Of a stretch of DNA of 64,000 bases, positions 41,314-51,061 are shown piece by piece. Below the pieces are notes generated by a model. That model was not told the DNA's origin, searched no databases, and worked only from the letters and a program-made list of their open reading frames with translations. The DNA comes from an uncultured Verrucomicrobiae bacterium (GTDB taxonomy: Bacteria; Verrucomicrobiota; Verrucomicrobiia; Limisphaerales; UBA11358), in contig CAWJHF010000003.1 of NCBI GenBank assembly GCA_963842445.1, positions 143,342-207,341 of the forward strand, in the 5' to 3' direction. The stretch's first letter is position 1. Every line of letters begins with the position of its first letter. The translations under genes and the position numbers were made by a program.

Positions 41314-41424
41314 GAATTAAAATGTGCTGAAAGATGGCATGGCGGCTTTGACTTTTCCAGCCTGCAATCGATTTTGCCGCGAACGCAGGCTTGACGGAAA
41401 CGTCAAACCGGATTCCATTGCCTC

Positions 41425-42408
41425 ATGCGCGCCATGCTCCTCGAAGCGCCGCGACAACCACTGCGAGCCGTTGACCTGCCGACGCCGAAACCTGAGGCGA
41501 TGCAGGTTTTGGTGAAAGTGTCCGCCTGCGCCGTCTGCCGCACGGATTTGCACGTCGTGGACGGGGAACTTCCCAATCCAAAACTGCCGCTCGTCCCCGG
41601 CCACGAAATCGTCGGCGTCGTTGTCGAAAAAGGCAAAGGCGTTCAACGTTTCAAAATCGGCGACCGCGTGGGCATTCCGTGGCTCGGCTGGACGTGTGGC
41701 GAATGTGAGTTTTGCCGCAGCAAACGCGAGAATCTTTGCGACCGCGCCCGGTTCACCGGCTATACGCTGGATGGCGGCTACGCGGAATTTGCCGTCGCCG
41801 ATGAACGGTTTTGTTTTCCAATTCCAAAAAACTATTCCGACGCCGAGGCCGCTCCCCTCCTCTGCGCCGGATTGATCGGGTACCGTTCATTGGTCAAGAC
41901 CGGCTCGGCGAAGCGCCTCGGCATTTATGGCTTCGGCGCCGCCGCGCACATCGTGGCCCAAATCGCGCGTCATCAAGGGCGCGAAATTTATGCCTTCACA
42001 CGGCAGGGCGATTCGGAAGCGCAGGCATTCGCCAAATCGCTGGGCGCGGTCTGGGCGGGTGATTCGGAAACTCCGCCGCCGGAAAAATTGGACGCCGCCA
42101 TCATCTTCGCCCCCGTTGGCCCGCTCGTGCCACTGGCGCTAAAAGCCGTTGCAAAGGGCGGCACGGTTGTCTGCGGCGGCATTCACATGAGCGACATTCC
42201 GTCGTTTCCATACGAATGGCTCTGGCAGGAGCGTACGCTTTGTTCCGTAGCCAATCTCACCCGCCGTGATGGCGAGGAATTCTTCGCACTGGCGCCCAAG
42301 GTGCCGGTGCGGACGACGATTCAAACGTTTCCACTCACCGAAGCCAACGCGGTGTTGAGCCATCTTCGCAGTGGCCAAATCCACGGCGCCGCTGTGCTGG
42401 TGCCATAA
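41425..42408 (+). CDS. Zinc-dependent alcohol dehydrogenase family
   Basis: CRTDLH, GHE, CGEC..C, GIYGFGAAAH, GGIHMS. Confidence 0.93.
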   Translation: MRAMLLEAPRQPLRAVDLPTPKPEAMQVLVKVSACAVCRTDLHVVDGELPNPKLPLVPGHEIVGVVVEKGKGVQRFKIGDRVGIPWLGWTCGECEFCRSKRENLCDRARFTGYTLDGGYAEFAVADERFCFPIPKNYSDAEAAPLLCAGLIGYRSLVKTGSAKRLGIYGFGAAAHIVAQIARHQGREIYAFTRQGDSEAQAFAKSLGAVWAGDSETPPPEKLDAAIIFAPVGPLVPLALKAVAKGGTVVCGGIHMSDIPSFPYEWLWQERTLCSVANLTRRDGEEFFALAPKVPVRTTIQTFPLTEANAVLSHLRSGQIHGAAVLVP

Positions 42409-42410
42409 GT

Positions 42411-42478
42411 TGTAGCGGCGGCCCATGACCGCCGTGCCTTACATCTGGAGACGGCGACGCTCATAGAGCGCCACTACA
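42411..42478. repeat. GTAG-type REP-like doublet
   Basis: TGTAGCGGCG...CGCCACTACA inverted ends with internal stems. Confidence 0.7.
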
Positions 42479-42521
42479 AGTAAACTGGCGCGCGCGCAAA
42501 AGGAGGATTATAAGTGCGCTT

Positions 42522-44417
42522 GTGAAATCCGCCATCCGTGTCGCCACATCGCCGCCAAAACCGCTGATGGTTTTCGATGGCGACTGCAATTTCTGCACGC
42601 TCTGGATCCGCCGCTGGCAGCAAATGACCGGCGAGAGTGTGGATTATCTGCCCGCGCAAGACCCGCGCATCACCGCACAATTTCCCGAAATTCCCCGCGA
42701 ACAGTTCGACACGGCGGTCCAGCTCATTGAACCTGACGGCTCGGTCTATTCCGGTGCGGAAGCGGTGTTTCGCGTGCTCGCCAAAAAACCTTCCAAACAA
42801 TGGCTTTTGGAGTGGTACGAGTATTCACCCGCGTTCGCCAAATTCACCGAGCGCGCCTACAATTTCGTCGCAGGACACCGTACGCTTTTCTCACGGCTCA
42901 CCCGCTGGTTTTGGGGGCGGCACGTCGAACCACCGGCTCACTTTCTCACGCGCTGGATTTTTCTGCGCGCATTGGGTGTGATTTACCTCATCGCGTTCGT
43001 CTCACTGTGGACGCAAATCAGCGGACTGATTGGCCACGATGGTATTTTGCCGACTGACCGGTTCATGGCGGCGGTGCAACAGCAATGTGACCTGCAAGGA
43101 ATCGGCTTGGAACGGTTCCGTTTGTTGCCGACGTTGTGTTGGTTCAATTCTTCCGACGGTTCCCTGAATTTCCAATGCGCAGCCGGCGCGCTGCTGGCCA
43201 TCATTTTAATTGTTGGCATTGCGCCCGCGCCATGTCTTGCCTTGCTGTGGCTGCTGTATCTTTCGCTCGTGACGGTTGGACGCGATTTTCTCGGCTTTCA
43301 ATGGGACAACCTGCTGCTCGAAGCCGGCTTTCTCGCCATCTTCTTCGCGCCGTTGCAACTCTGGCCGCGACCTTCGCGGGAAGCGCCGCCATCCCGAATG
43401 GTGCTCTGGTTGCTGCGATTGTTGCTGTTCAAATTGATGTTCTCGTCCGGTTGCGTGAAATTGTTGAGCGGCGACCCGAATTGGCGCAATCTCACCGCAC
43501 TCACATTTCATTACCAAACCCAGCCCTTGCCAACCTGGGGCGGCTGGTATGCGAACCAATTACCATTGTGGTTTCAAAAAACATCGTGTGCCGCGATGTT
43601 TTGCATCGAACTTGGCGCGCCATTCCTGATTTTCACTCCGCGCAGATTGCGATTTTGCGGCGGCGCGGCTATTGCCTTCCTCCAGATTTTAATTCTTCTG
43701 ACCGGCAACTACACGTTTTTCAACTTACTAACGCTGGCCTTTTGCCTGTTGCTGCTCGACGACTTTGCTCTGTTGAAACTGACACCACTTAAGCTTCGCC
43801 CTGCTTTGGGTCCTGTCACTTGTCACTTGTCACTTGCCACTCACTGGCGCTGGCCTCGCGCCATCACCGTCCCCCTCGCCGGCTTCGTGATTATCCTTTC
43901 ACTTTTCCAAATGGGTCTCATGTTCGGTGTGCGGCCCGGCTGGTTGTTCCCGGTGGCGATCGTGGATGAATGGCTCACGCCGTTTCGCAGCTTCAACGGC
44001 TACGGCTTGTTCGCCGTGATGACCACCGGCCGTCGTGAAATCATCGTCGAAGGCAGCGACGACGGCGTGAATTGGTTGTCCTATGAATTCAAATACAAAC
44101 CCGGCGATGTAAACCGGAGGCCGGTTTTCGTTGCACCTCACCAACCGCGTTTGGACTGGCAGATGTGGTTCGCCGCGTTGGGCAGTTACCAGCAAAATCC
44201 GTGGTTCGCGAATTTCTGTCAACGTCTGCTGCAAGGATCACCGAAAGTCCTGGCCTTGCTCGACAAAAATCCCTTCCCTAATCACCCGCCGCGCCACATC
44301 CGGGCGGAATTTTACAGTTACCGTTTCACGAACTTCGCCGACCGCCGCGCCACGGGCGCTTGGTGGAAACGCGAATTCGTCGGGGAATACTTGCCGCCGA
44401 TTTCGCTTCGGGAATAG
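42522..44417 (+). CDS. DCC1-like thiol-disulfide oxidoreductase fused to a lipase maturation factor (LMF) domain
   Basis: N-terminal FDGDCNFC; FQWDNLLLEAGFL, HYQTQPLP, TGNY.FFN, PHQPRLDWQMWFAAL. Confidence 0.9.
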   Translation: MKSAIRVATSPPKPLMVFDGDCNFCTLWIRRWQQMTGESVDYLPAQDPRITAQFPEIPREQFDTAVQLIEPDGSVYSGAEAVFRVLAKKPSKQWLLEWYEYSPAFAKFTERAYNFVAGHRTLFSRLTRWFWGRHVEPPAHFLTRWIFLRALGVIYLIAFVSLWTQISGLIGHDGILPTDRFMAAVQQQCDLQGIGLERFRLLPTLCWFNSSDGSLNFQCAAGALLAIILIVGIAPAPCLALLWLLYLSLVTVGRDFLGFQWDNLLLEAGFLAIFFAPLQLWPRPSREAPPSRMVLWLLRLLLFKLMFSSGCVKLLSGDPNWRNLTALTFHYQTQPLPTWGGWYANQLPLWFQKTSCAAMFCIELGAPFLIFTPRRLRFCGGAAIAFLQILILLTGNYTFFNLLTLAFCLLLLDDFALLKLTPLKLRPALGPVTCHLSLATHWRWPRAITVPLAGFVIILSLFQMGLMFGVRPGWLFPVAIVDEWLTPFRSFNGYGLFAVMTTGRREIIVEGSDDGVNWLSYEFKYKPGDVNRRPVFVAPHQPRLDWQMWFAALGSYQQNPWFANFCQRLLQGSPKVLALLDKNPFPNHPPRHIRAEFYSYRFTNFADRRATGAWWKREFVGEYLPPISLRE

Positions 44418-44434
44418 ACTCAGGCCGTAAACTC

Positions 44435-46786
44435 ATGAGTGAAACATCCGACTCAGGCTGCTCCGGAGGCTTTGCCGAGGCGGGAGGCCGCGCGCCCGAC
44501 TGGTTCACGCCCCTGCGCTTCGGAATCCTGCTTGCGCTGCTCATTTTCGCCGCATTTCCGCAGGTCCTGCTGGGACTGCAAACGTTCGTCGTGCGCGACT
44601 ACGGATTTTTCGCCTATCCTCTCGCCTGTTTCCAGCAGCAATGTTTTCATCACGGCGAACTGCCATTCTGGGACCCCTACAACAACTGCGGCGTGCCGTT
44701 TCTTGCGCAATGGAACACAATGCCGCTCTATCCGCCGGCGTTGATTTATCTGCTGCTGCCTTTGACATGGTCGCTGAGCTTTTTCTGCCTGTTGCACCTG
44801 TGGTTTGCCGGGTTCGGCATGTTTTTCCTCGCGCGCAGGTGGACGGGGAACAATTTTGCGGCGGCCTTTGCGGGCGTGGCATTTTCATTCAACGGACTGT
44901 CACTCAATCTACTCATGTGGCCGAGTCACATGGCCACATTCAGTTGGATGCCATGGGTCGTGCTCACGGTCGAACTCGCGTGGCGCTGCGGCGGGCAAAA
45001 AATCATCCTGGCCGCGCTGGTGGGCGCCATGCAAATGCTCGGCGGCGGACCGGAAACCATTTTGCTCACCTGGCTCTTGCTGCTCGCGCTCTGGATTCAA
45101 CAATTCATTGCTGGTGGCGGTGACGCCCCGTCACCAGCCACTTCTGCGACGGGGGCGGCGCAACTACGTCCGGCCATGCTCTGGCGTTTTCCGCTGGTGG
45201 TGTTGCTGGTGACGGCGCTGACGGCGGCGCAATTGCTGCCGTTCCTTGACCTCTCCGCTCATTCGCAACGCAGTGTCGGCTACGCCGACACACGCTGGTC
45301 CATGCCCGGCTGGGGCTGGATGAGTTTTCTCGTGCCAATGGTGCATGGCAGCACGCGGACGGAAGGCGTCTTTTTCCAATACGGCCAATCGTGGACGTCA
45401 TCCTATTACCTCGGCATCGGCACGCTCTGGCTGGCGCTGCTCGCACTGTGGATGGTGCGGGAACGTCGCGTGTGGCTGCTGGGCGGAGCAACGATGCTCG
45501 CGCTGATTTTTGCCTTCGGGGAAAACACCTTCGTCTATCCCGCCGTGCGCAAAATCATCCCGCAACTCAGCTTTGTGACTTATCCCGTCAAATACCTGAC
45601 GCTCGTGACGTTTCTGATGCCGTTGCTCGCGGCGTTTGCCATCACCCGCCTGCAAAGCTTGCGAAGCGAAGAAAAAATGAATTTCAAGAAACACCTGATT
45701 TTCATCGGCGTCATTTTGTTCGCGCTCCTCGCAGGAATTCTTTTTTGGGCGTGGCGCTTCCCATTTCCAACGGATGACGTTCACGCGACGTTGTTTAATG
45801 GACTGTCGCGCGCATTTTTTCTGCTGTTGACCGGCGGGTTGCTGTTTCTCCTGACGCTGGAGGCCGGACCGGGATTGCGCCGCATCGCGCCACTGCTCTT
45901 GATTGTGGTCGCGTGGCTCGACGTCTTCACCCACGAGCCACCGCAAAACCCGACCGTGCCGCCTAGCGTCTATGAACTGAATCTGGCGCGCGCCGATTTG
46001 AAAATGGATCCACAGCCCGAACTCGGCGGTTCGCGCGCCATGGTCTCGCCGATGGCCGCGATTAAATTCATCCAATTTGCGTCGAACAACCCGAAAAACA
46101 ATTTTCTGGCGAAGCGGGCCGGCTATTGCGCCAACGTCAACCTGCTCGACGGCGTCCCGAAGGTGGACGGATTCTTTTCCATCACACCGCTTGAAAGCGA
46201 TGACGTGCTGTCGCTGTTTTACACCACGACCAACGCGAACTTCCCGCGGCTGGAGGATTTCATGGCCGTTTCGCAAATCACCGCGCCGGATCAATTTTAC
46301 CACTGGCAGGCGCGCCCGGCCTTTTTACCGCTTGTGACTGCCGGTCAGAAACCGGTCTTTCTCGACGACGCGGACACGTTGCGTGCCTTGACGCAGCCGG
46401 ATTTCGACGGAAGCAAAGCCGTTTTCCTCCCGCCGGAAGCAAAATCATTTGTGACGGTCACGAATCAAACAGCCGCCCGCGTGCTCAAATCGCATTTTGG
46501 AACTCAGAGCGTGGACATCGAAGTAGAAGCCGGCGCGCCGTCACTCGTCGTCGTGGCGCAGACCTGGTATCACAACTGGCACGCTGAGGTGGACGGCGAA
46601 CCGGCGCGGTTGCTGCGGGCGAACCATGCGTTTCAGGCAGTTGAAATTCCCGAGGGGCGGCATCGCGTCCAGTTGATTTACCGGGACGGTGCGTTTGAAA
46701 TGGGCGCGGGCGTTTCGCTGATGGCCTTGCTCGCGTGTCTCATTTGCGTGGCAGCTTCTTCTCGACAGAAAACGATACCCGGCTAG
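44435..46786 (+). CDS. YfhO-family multi-TM protein (GT-C-like)
   Basis: GELP.W.PY...G.PF, many TM helices, C-terminal W.A.VDG....L.RAN.AF.AV..P.G.H. Confidence 0.82.
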   Translation: MSETSDSGCSGGFAEAGGRAPDWFTPLRFGILLALLIFAAFPQVLLGLQTFVVRDYGFFAYPLACFQQQCFHHGELPFWDPYNNCGVPFLAQWNTMPLYPPALIYLLLPLTWSLSFFCLLHLWFAGFGMFFLARRWTGNNFAAAFAGVAFSFNGLSLNLLMWPSHMATFSWMPWVVLTVELAWRCGGQKIILAALVGAMQMLGGGPETILLTWLLLLALWIQQFIAGGGDAPSPATSATGAAQLRPAMLWRFPLVVLLVTALTAAQLLPFLDLSAHSQRSVGYADTRWSMPGWGWMSFLVPMVHGSTRTEGVFFQYGQSWTSSYYLGIGTLWLALLALWMVRERRVWLLGGATMLALIFAFGENTFVYPAVRKIIPQLSFVTYPVKYLTLVTFLMPLLAAFAITRLQSLRSEEKMNFKKHLIFIGVILFALLAGILFWAWRFPFPTDDVHATLFNGLSRAFFLLLTGGLLFLLTLEAGPGLRRIAPLLLIVVAWLDVFTHEPPQNPTVPPSVYELNLARADLKMDPQPELGGSRAMVSPMAAIKFIQFASNNPKNNFLAKRAGYCANVNLLDGVPKVDGFFSITPLESDDVLSLFYTTTNANFPRLEDFMAVSQITAPDQFYHWQARPAFLPLVTAGQKPVFLDDADTLRALTQPDFDGSKAVFLPPEAKSFVTVTNQTAARVLKSHFGTQSVDIEVEAGAPSLVVVAQTWYHNWHAEVDGEPARLLRANHAFQAVEIPEGRHRVQLIYRDGAFEMGAGVSLMALLACLICVAASSRQKTIPG

Positions 46787-46835
46787 TTTCGCAGCGCAAG
46801 AGATCCCATTCCAAAATATATTCACAAAAATTGTT

Positions 46836-47216
46836 TTAGCGTCTAAGTTCAACCTCGACCATTTCACAATTTTCGTCGAAGCCGCCCTCATCGAGACCTA
46901 CTGAGTACGTTAAATTCATCACACGACCATTTTCCCGAAACAGTTCAGGGTGAGCGCCATGATTGGGCGTCCCACTCATCTCTGACTGTGGCCCTTCCGC
47001 GAGCGTGCTGATAAGCCAATTGTAAGGAACTTTATTGACTGCTAGAATCTTGCCGCTCCTGATGTTCAGTTCAAACGCCACGACTTGCTCTCCCGGCTTT
47101 AGTCGGTCGGGAAAAGACAGTAAAACATCCGGGCCGCTGGCACCTGCCGGGGTGATGTGTGTGCAACCAGCGGCAAACACCGGCAGTAAAGCAAACACGA
47201 GCACGTAAATTCGCAT
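46836..47216 (-). CDS. Distal cassette ORF, putative lipoprotein; no attC found downstream
   Basis: ATG just after GTTAGGT; lipobox-like FAAGC. Confidence 0.6.
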   Translation of the reverse strand: MRIYVLVFALLPVFAAGCTHITPAGASGPDVLLSFPDRLKPGEQVVAFELNIRSGKILAVNKVPYNWLISTLAEGPQSEMSGTPNHGAHPELFRENGRVMNLTYSVGLDEGGFDENCEMVEVELRR

Positions 47217-47219
47217 GGC

Positions 47220-47470
47220 ACCTAACGTCCAGAGCTCAGCCACAGCCACCGGCGGCTGGCTCACGGGTGCAATCTGGACTCTCAAATCTCATAGCTCAAC
47301 CGAAATCTCAAGGGGCAGTGGCCGTTGGCTCCAGCGCGAGGCTGTGTGAAAACTCATTTTTCAACTATTCAATCCATCTGCTCGATTCATCAAAATGCTT
47401 CACAACCCAAATTTGATCGTTACCGAATTTCCTGCCGACACTTTTTACACAGGCTCGCGCAGTGTTAGGC
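47220..47470 (-). repeat. attC interrupted by a MITE
   Basis: ACCTAAC..GCTCAGCCAC...TTGGCTCCAGCGC[MITE]GCGCAGTGTTAGGC. Confidence 0.88.
47338..47456. mobile_element. 119-bp MITE with IS1182-like ends
   Basis: GAGGCTGTGTGAAAA...TTTTACACAGGCTC, flanked by a GCGC duplication; no transposase. Confidence 0.88.
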
Positions 47471-47480
47471 GACGATGTGT

Positions 47481-47760
47481 TCACGGGATATTCTGGGTGT
47501 TCCAGTCATCTCTTTGCAGCTCACCCCAATCAGCAGAAAAAACTTTGTAGCTTTTGGTAAACGGATTGAATTGTAGCAACGCTCGAAATTTGTAATCACC
47601 TGCCTTCGAGCTAGGATCAATCGCCCGACAAATGGCCGTCGGTTCCACATGGTAGGTCCCAAGGACCAATCTATACTCCTCAGATTGTGGAAGACTCGGT
47701 GACTGATATGGAGTGTTGCGTATTATCTGCCTGACTTGACATGACCCTGTCAGGACGACG
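47481..47760 (-). pseudogene. 5'-damaged cassette ORF remnant
   Basis: Open frame LVVLTGSCQVR...DWNTQNIP* ending just before an attC R'' box; no clear start. Confidence 0.35.
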
Positions 47761-47763
47761 AGC

Positions 47764-47974
47764 TAACAACCACGTTTCTACTCCGGCGGTTGCCGTTGCG
47801 CAACCGGTAAATCACCCCCAACTAAAACTGGCGCTGGACATGCATGTCCAATCCATCGTGGTGGCCGCGATGGCCGACGCCCTCCTCAAACCAGTCCGGC
47901 GATTCCGACCGCCGGATTTTCTGAGTTGGGTCAAAAGTCAACAGGCGGCGGGCTGGGCCATCGTCTCCTGCTAG
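47764..47974 (+). pseudogene. Probable IS110-family transposase N-terminal fragment where an attC is expected
   Basis: KLALDMHVQSIVV...FLSWV..Q......VSC* resembles the DEDD N-terminus (LD.H ... SCYEAG), cut at C. Confidence 0.55.
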
Positions 47975-47982
47975 GCGACTGT

Positions 47983-48378
47983 TCATGGCCAAAACCATAA
48001 CCACGTGACGAGCGAGACTAACAGCCCGGCCAACCCCAAAAGCTCGCTCAAACGCAGGCTGCGAAGATAACGAATATAATCCACTGGCAAGCCCGACCGA
48101 GCTGCTCGCCGAACGTCCAATACCGAAAATCCGGCGGCGGCGGCGAAAACGCCAACCATTAGCGATGGTAGCAGCCAATGGCTTTTGCCAATCAGATGTG
48201 GAGCGAGAGCCAGCGCTCCGCCAAGAACAGCCGCTGGAACCAAAAGCAACCACCCATTCTGCTCTGACGAACCGATAAGCTCCTTATGGTCGTCGCTGAG
48301 TGAACGTTTGGCACGCCTCTTGACGAGCACCGCCGCAGCCAGCAGCAGCATAAAAATGATCGCACCTGCGATAAACAT
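47983..48378 (-). CDS. Cassette ORF, 4-TM membrane protein
   Basis: ATG just after GTTAGGC; hydrophobic segments. Confidence 0.7.
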   Translation of the reverse strand: MFIAGAIIFMLLLAAAVLVKRRAKRSLSDDHKELIGSSEQNGWLLLVPAAVLGGALALAPHLIGKSHWLLPSLMVGVFAAAAGFSVLDVRRAARSGLPVDYIRYLRSLRLSELLGLAGLLVSLVTWLWFWP

Positions 48379-48383
48379 AAGTC

Positions 48384-48481
48384 GCCTAACGATCCAAAGC
48401 TGAGCCACGCCGGAACTGCGACATCCGCCAACCGGCGACTTCCCGGCAAACTGAAGGCGTAACCGGCGTTGGCTCCAGCGC
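48384..48481 (-). repeat. attC-A, large half (R'' end displaced to 51048-51061)
   Basis: GCCTAACGATCCAAAGCTGAGCC...TTGGCTCCAGCGC then IS1182. Confidence 0.88.
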
Positions 48482-50154
48482 GAGGCTGTGTGAAAAGTCG
48501 GTCATGATTTGAACAATTACGCCGACGGTTGGTCAGTGACAAGCATGAATCATCGCCCCGGACTGGATCGTTCCCAAACGTTGCTCTTCCCTGAACGACT
48601 GGAGGACTACATCGCCGCCGAAAACCCCGTACGCTTCCTCGACGCCTTCGTCGGTTCGCTCGATCTGCACGCGCTGGGCTTCGCCAAAGCCCGCTGCGCC
48701 GACACGGGCCGTCCCCCTTACGAACCGGCGGCGCTGCTCAAGCTCTACCTTTACGGTTATCTGCACCGAATCCGTTCCAGCCGGTGGCTGGAGGCCGAAT
48801 GCCAGCGCAACGTGGAGGTCATCTGGCTGACGGGCAAACAAGCCCCCGACCACAAGACCATCGCCGATTTCCGCAAGGACAACCTCAAACCGTTGCAGGC
48901 GGTGGCACGGCAGTTCACCGTGCTGTGCCGGAAACTGGAGTTGTTTGGTGGGCAACTGGTGGGAATCGATGGCACCAAGCTGGCGGCGGTCAACAGCAAG
49001 GACGCCCATTTCAATGAAAAGAAACTGCGCGACTTGATCGACCGCGCCGACGCGCAGATTGCCGAATATCTCAAGGGACTGGATGCCACTGACGCGGCGG
49101 AAAGGGCCAGCCCTGTTTGCAGCCGGGCGGAGTTGGCAGCCAAGATCGCGGCGCTGCAGGAGAAAAAGGACTGGCACGAGGAGTTGCTGGGGCAACTGGA
49201 CGCAGAGGAGAAACAAATCTCGGTGAGCGACCCGGACGCGCGGCGGCTGCGGGCTGGCGGCGGTGGCAGCGTGGTGGGTTACAATGTGCAAACGGCGGTC
49301 GATGCGAAGAACAAGCTGATCGCGGCAGCCAACCTGACCAATGAAGAGACGGATTTGCGGCAGTTATCGGGCATGGCACGGGCGGCCAAGGCGAATCTGC
49401 AAGTCGATCAGCTGGAAGTGGTGGCTGACACCGGTTACAGCACGACGGCGGAAGTGGCGGTGTGCGAACAACACGGGATCACGGCGTATGTGCCCAAGGC
49501 CGACACCAGCGCCAACACGGCGCAGGGATTATATGGCAAGAGCCGCTTTACTTACGATGCCACCAAGGATGTGTATGCGTGTCCGGCGGGAGCGGAGTTG
49601 ACTTACCGGTTCAGCACCGATGAAAAAGGACGGCAGGTGCGCTACTACCGGGCCAGCGGGTGCAAGGGCTGCGGGCTCAAGAGACAATGCACGCGCAACA
49701 AGGCCAACCGAACGATCACGCGGGAACAGGATGAAGCCGTGATGGAGGCGATGGCGGCGCGGGTCAAGGCCCACCCGGAGAAGCTCAAACTGCGCAAGCA
49801 GTTGTGCGAACATCCCTTTGGGACGATCAAGCGGTTTTTCGGCTACACCTACTTCCTGATGAAGGGGCTGGCCAAAGTGCGGGCCGAGTGGAGTCTGATG
49901 ACACTGGCCTACAATCTCAAGCGGGTGTTCAATCTGGTAAAGCTCGACCAACTGATGGCGGCGGTGGAGGGCAAAGTCCCGCAGGCGGTCTGAAAGGGGC
50001 GGGCAGACTTCTTTTTGGGCGAGGGGGACGCCCGATCATCCCCGTGGGCTACCATCACGGCTGGAACTTCCAGCCAAAAAAACCGGCGCACGGAATTTCA
50101 AATCACCGGGGAAACATTTTCGCATTCATCGCGCCGGAGTTTTCACACAGGCTC
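48482..50154 (+). mobile_element. IS1182-family insertion sequence, copy 1 (1673 bp)
   Basis: IRs GAGGCTGTGTGAAAA / TTTTCACACAGGCTC, GCGC on both sides. Confidence 0.93.
48545..49993 (+). CDS. IS1182 family transposase
   Basis: GRPPYEP..LLKLYLYGY..I.SSR, PDHKTIADFRK, IDGTK, DPDAR, GYNVQ, ADTGY, EHPFGTIK. Confidence 0.95.
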   Translation: MNHRPGLDRSQTLLFPERLEDYIAAENPVRFLDAFVGSLDLHALGFAKARCADTGRPPYEPAALLKLYLYGYLHRIRSSRWLEAECQRNVEVIWLTGKQAPDHKTIADFRKDNLKPLQAVARQFTVLCRKLELFGGQLVGIDGTKLAAVNSKDAHFNEKKLRDLIDRADAQIAEYLKGLDATDAAERASPVCSRAELAAKIAALQEKKDWHEELLGQLDAEEKQISVSDPDARRLRAGGGGSVVGYNVQTAVDAKNKLIAAANLTNEETDLRQLSGMARAAKANLQVDQLEVVADTGYSTTAEVAVCEQHGITAYVPKADTSANTAQGLYGKSRFTYDATKDVYACPAGAELTYRFSTDEKGRQVRYYRASGCKGCGLKRQCTRNKANRTITREQDEAVMEAMAARVKAHPEKLKLRKQLCEHPFGTIKRFFGYTYFLMKGLAKVRAEWSLMTLAYNLKRVFNLVKLDQLMAAVEGKVPQAV

Positions 50155-50271
50155 GCGCTGGAGCCAACGCCGACTGCCCCTTGAGTTTATGGATGGTTTG
50201 AGTTATACAACGATTATTGAGCTTGCGGAGCCACTTGCCCGTCGGCGTGGCTCAGCTTTGGATCGTTAGGC
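50155..50271 (+). repeat. attC-B, large half, inverted (R'' end at 52735-52748)
   Basis: GCGCTGGAGCCAACGCCGAC...GGCTCAGCTTTGGATCGTTAGGC, 127-bp family in the opposite orientation. Confidence 0.88.
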
Positions 50272-50315
50272 ATCATTTTGTCACAAACATAAATAACAAT
50301 AAATGGAGATTAAAT

Positions 50316-50600
50316 ATGAAACTGAACATTAGAGCGTTTGCGCTGACTTGTGGCATACTCTGGGGACTAGGGCTATTTTCTCTTACTTGGTGGTTTATCG
50401 CATTTGATGGTTCCACCGGAGAGCCTACGCTCATCGGTAAGATATATCGCGGTTATACCATTTCCCCAATCGGCAGCATAATAGGATTGGTATATGCGTT
50501 CTTCGATGCTTTGGTTGGCGGTGCGATATTTGCGTGGCTCTATAATAAGATAGCAGGTTGTGCCGAAGAAAAGCAGAGTCAAGTCAGTCATGATGCCTAA
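50316..50600 (+). CDS. Inverted-segment cassette: small membrane protein of a family often annotated as bacteriophage holin
   Basis: MKLN..AFAL.CG.LWG...Y.GY.....GS.IG..Y.F.D...G..FAWLYN; GGAG RBS. Confidence 0.7.
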   Translation: MKLNIRAFALTCGILWGLGLFSLTWWFIAFDGSTGEPTLIGKIYRGYTISPIGSIIGLVYAFFDALVGGAIFAWLYNKIAGCAEEKQSQVSHDA

Positions 50601-50721
50601 CACCACGCTGGAGCCAACGCCGACTGCCCCTTGAGTTTATGGATGATTTGGGTTATACAACGATTATCGAGCTTGCGGAGCCGCTTGCCCGTCGGCGTGG
50701 CTCAGCTTTGGATCGTTAGGC
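50595..50721 (+). repeat. attC (127-bp family), inverted
   Basis: GCCTAACACCACGCTGGAGCC...GGCTCAGCTTTGGATCGTTAGGC. Confidence 0.92.
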
Positions 50722-50741
50722 CGACTGGCGCATATTTTGTA

Positions 50742-51053
50742 ATGAGACAGCTTTTCTTTTTATCATTGGTGGCTGCGATGATTGCGTCCATCGTTCTCAT
50801 GGTGCGTCGTCCAGTGCGGTTGCTTGCCACTATCCAGATTATTCTTACGGCACTCGTCGTCGTTGGTTTTGCTGTCGGCATGAAGATGGCTTTGTGGATA
50901 CATTCGATGTCCATGTCTGACCCGGTGCGGCAGGAGTGGCAGCCGCGAGTCAGTGTGATTGGAGCCGTTTTGTGGTTTGGGACGATTATTCCGTGGTTAC
51001 TTTTTACGATTTACCATGTCATTATTGTTGTCAGGCGGAAGTCGTCGGCCTAA
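50742..51053 (+). CDS. Inverted-segment cassette: 3-TM membrane protein
   Basis: Stop TAA lies inside R'' (GCCTAAC). Confidence 0.7.
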   Translation: MRQLFFLSLVAAMIASIVLMVRRPVRLLATIQIILTALVVVGFAVGMKMALWIHSMSMSDPVRQEWQPRVSVIGAVLWFGTIIPWLLFTIYHVIIVVRRKSSA

Positions 51054-51061
51054 CACCGCGC

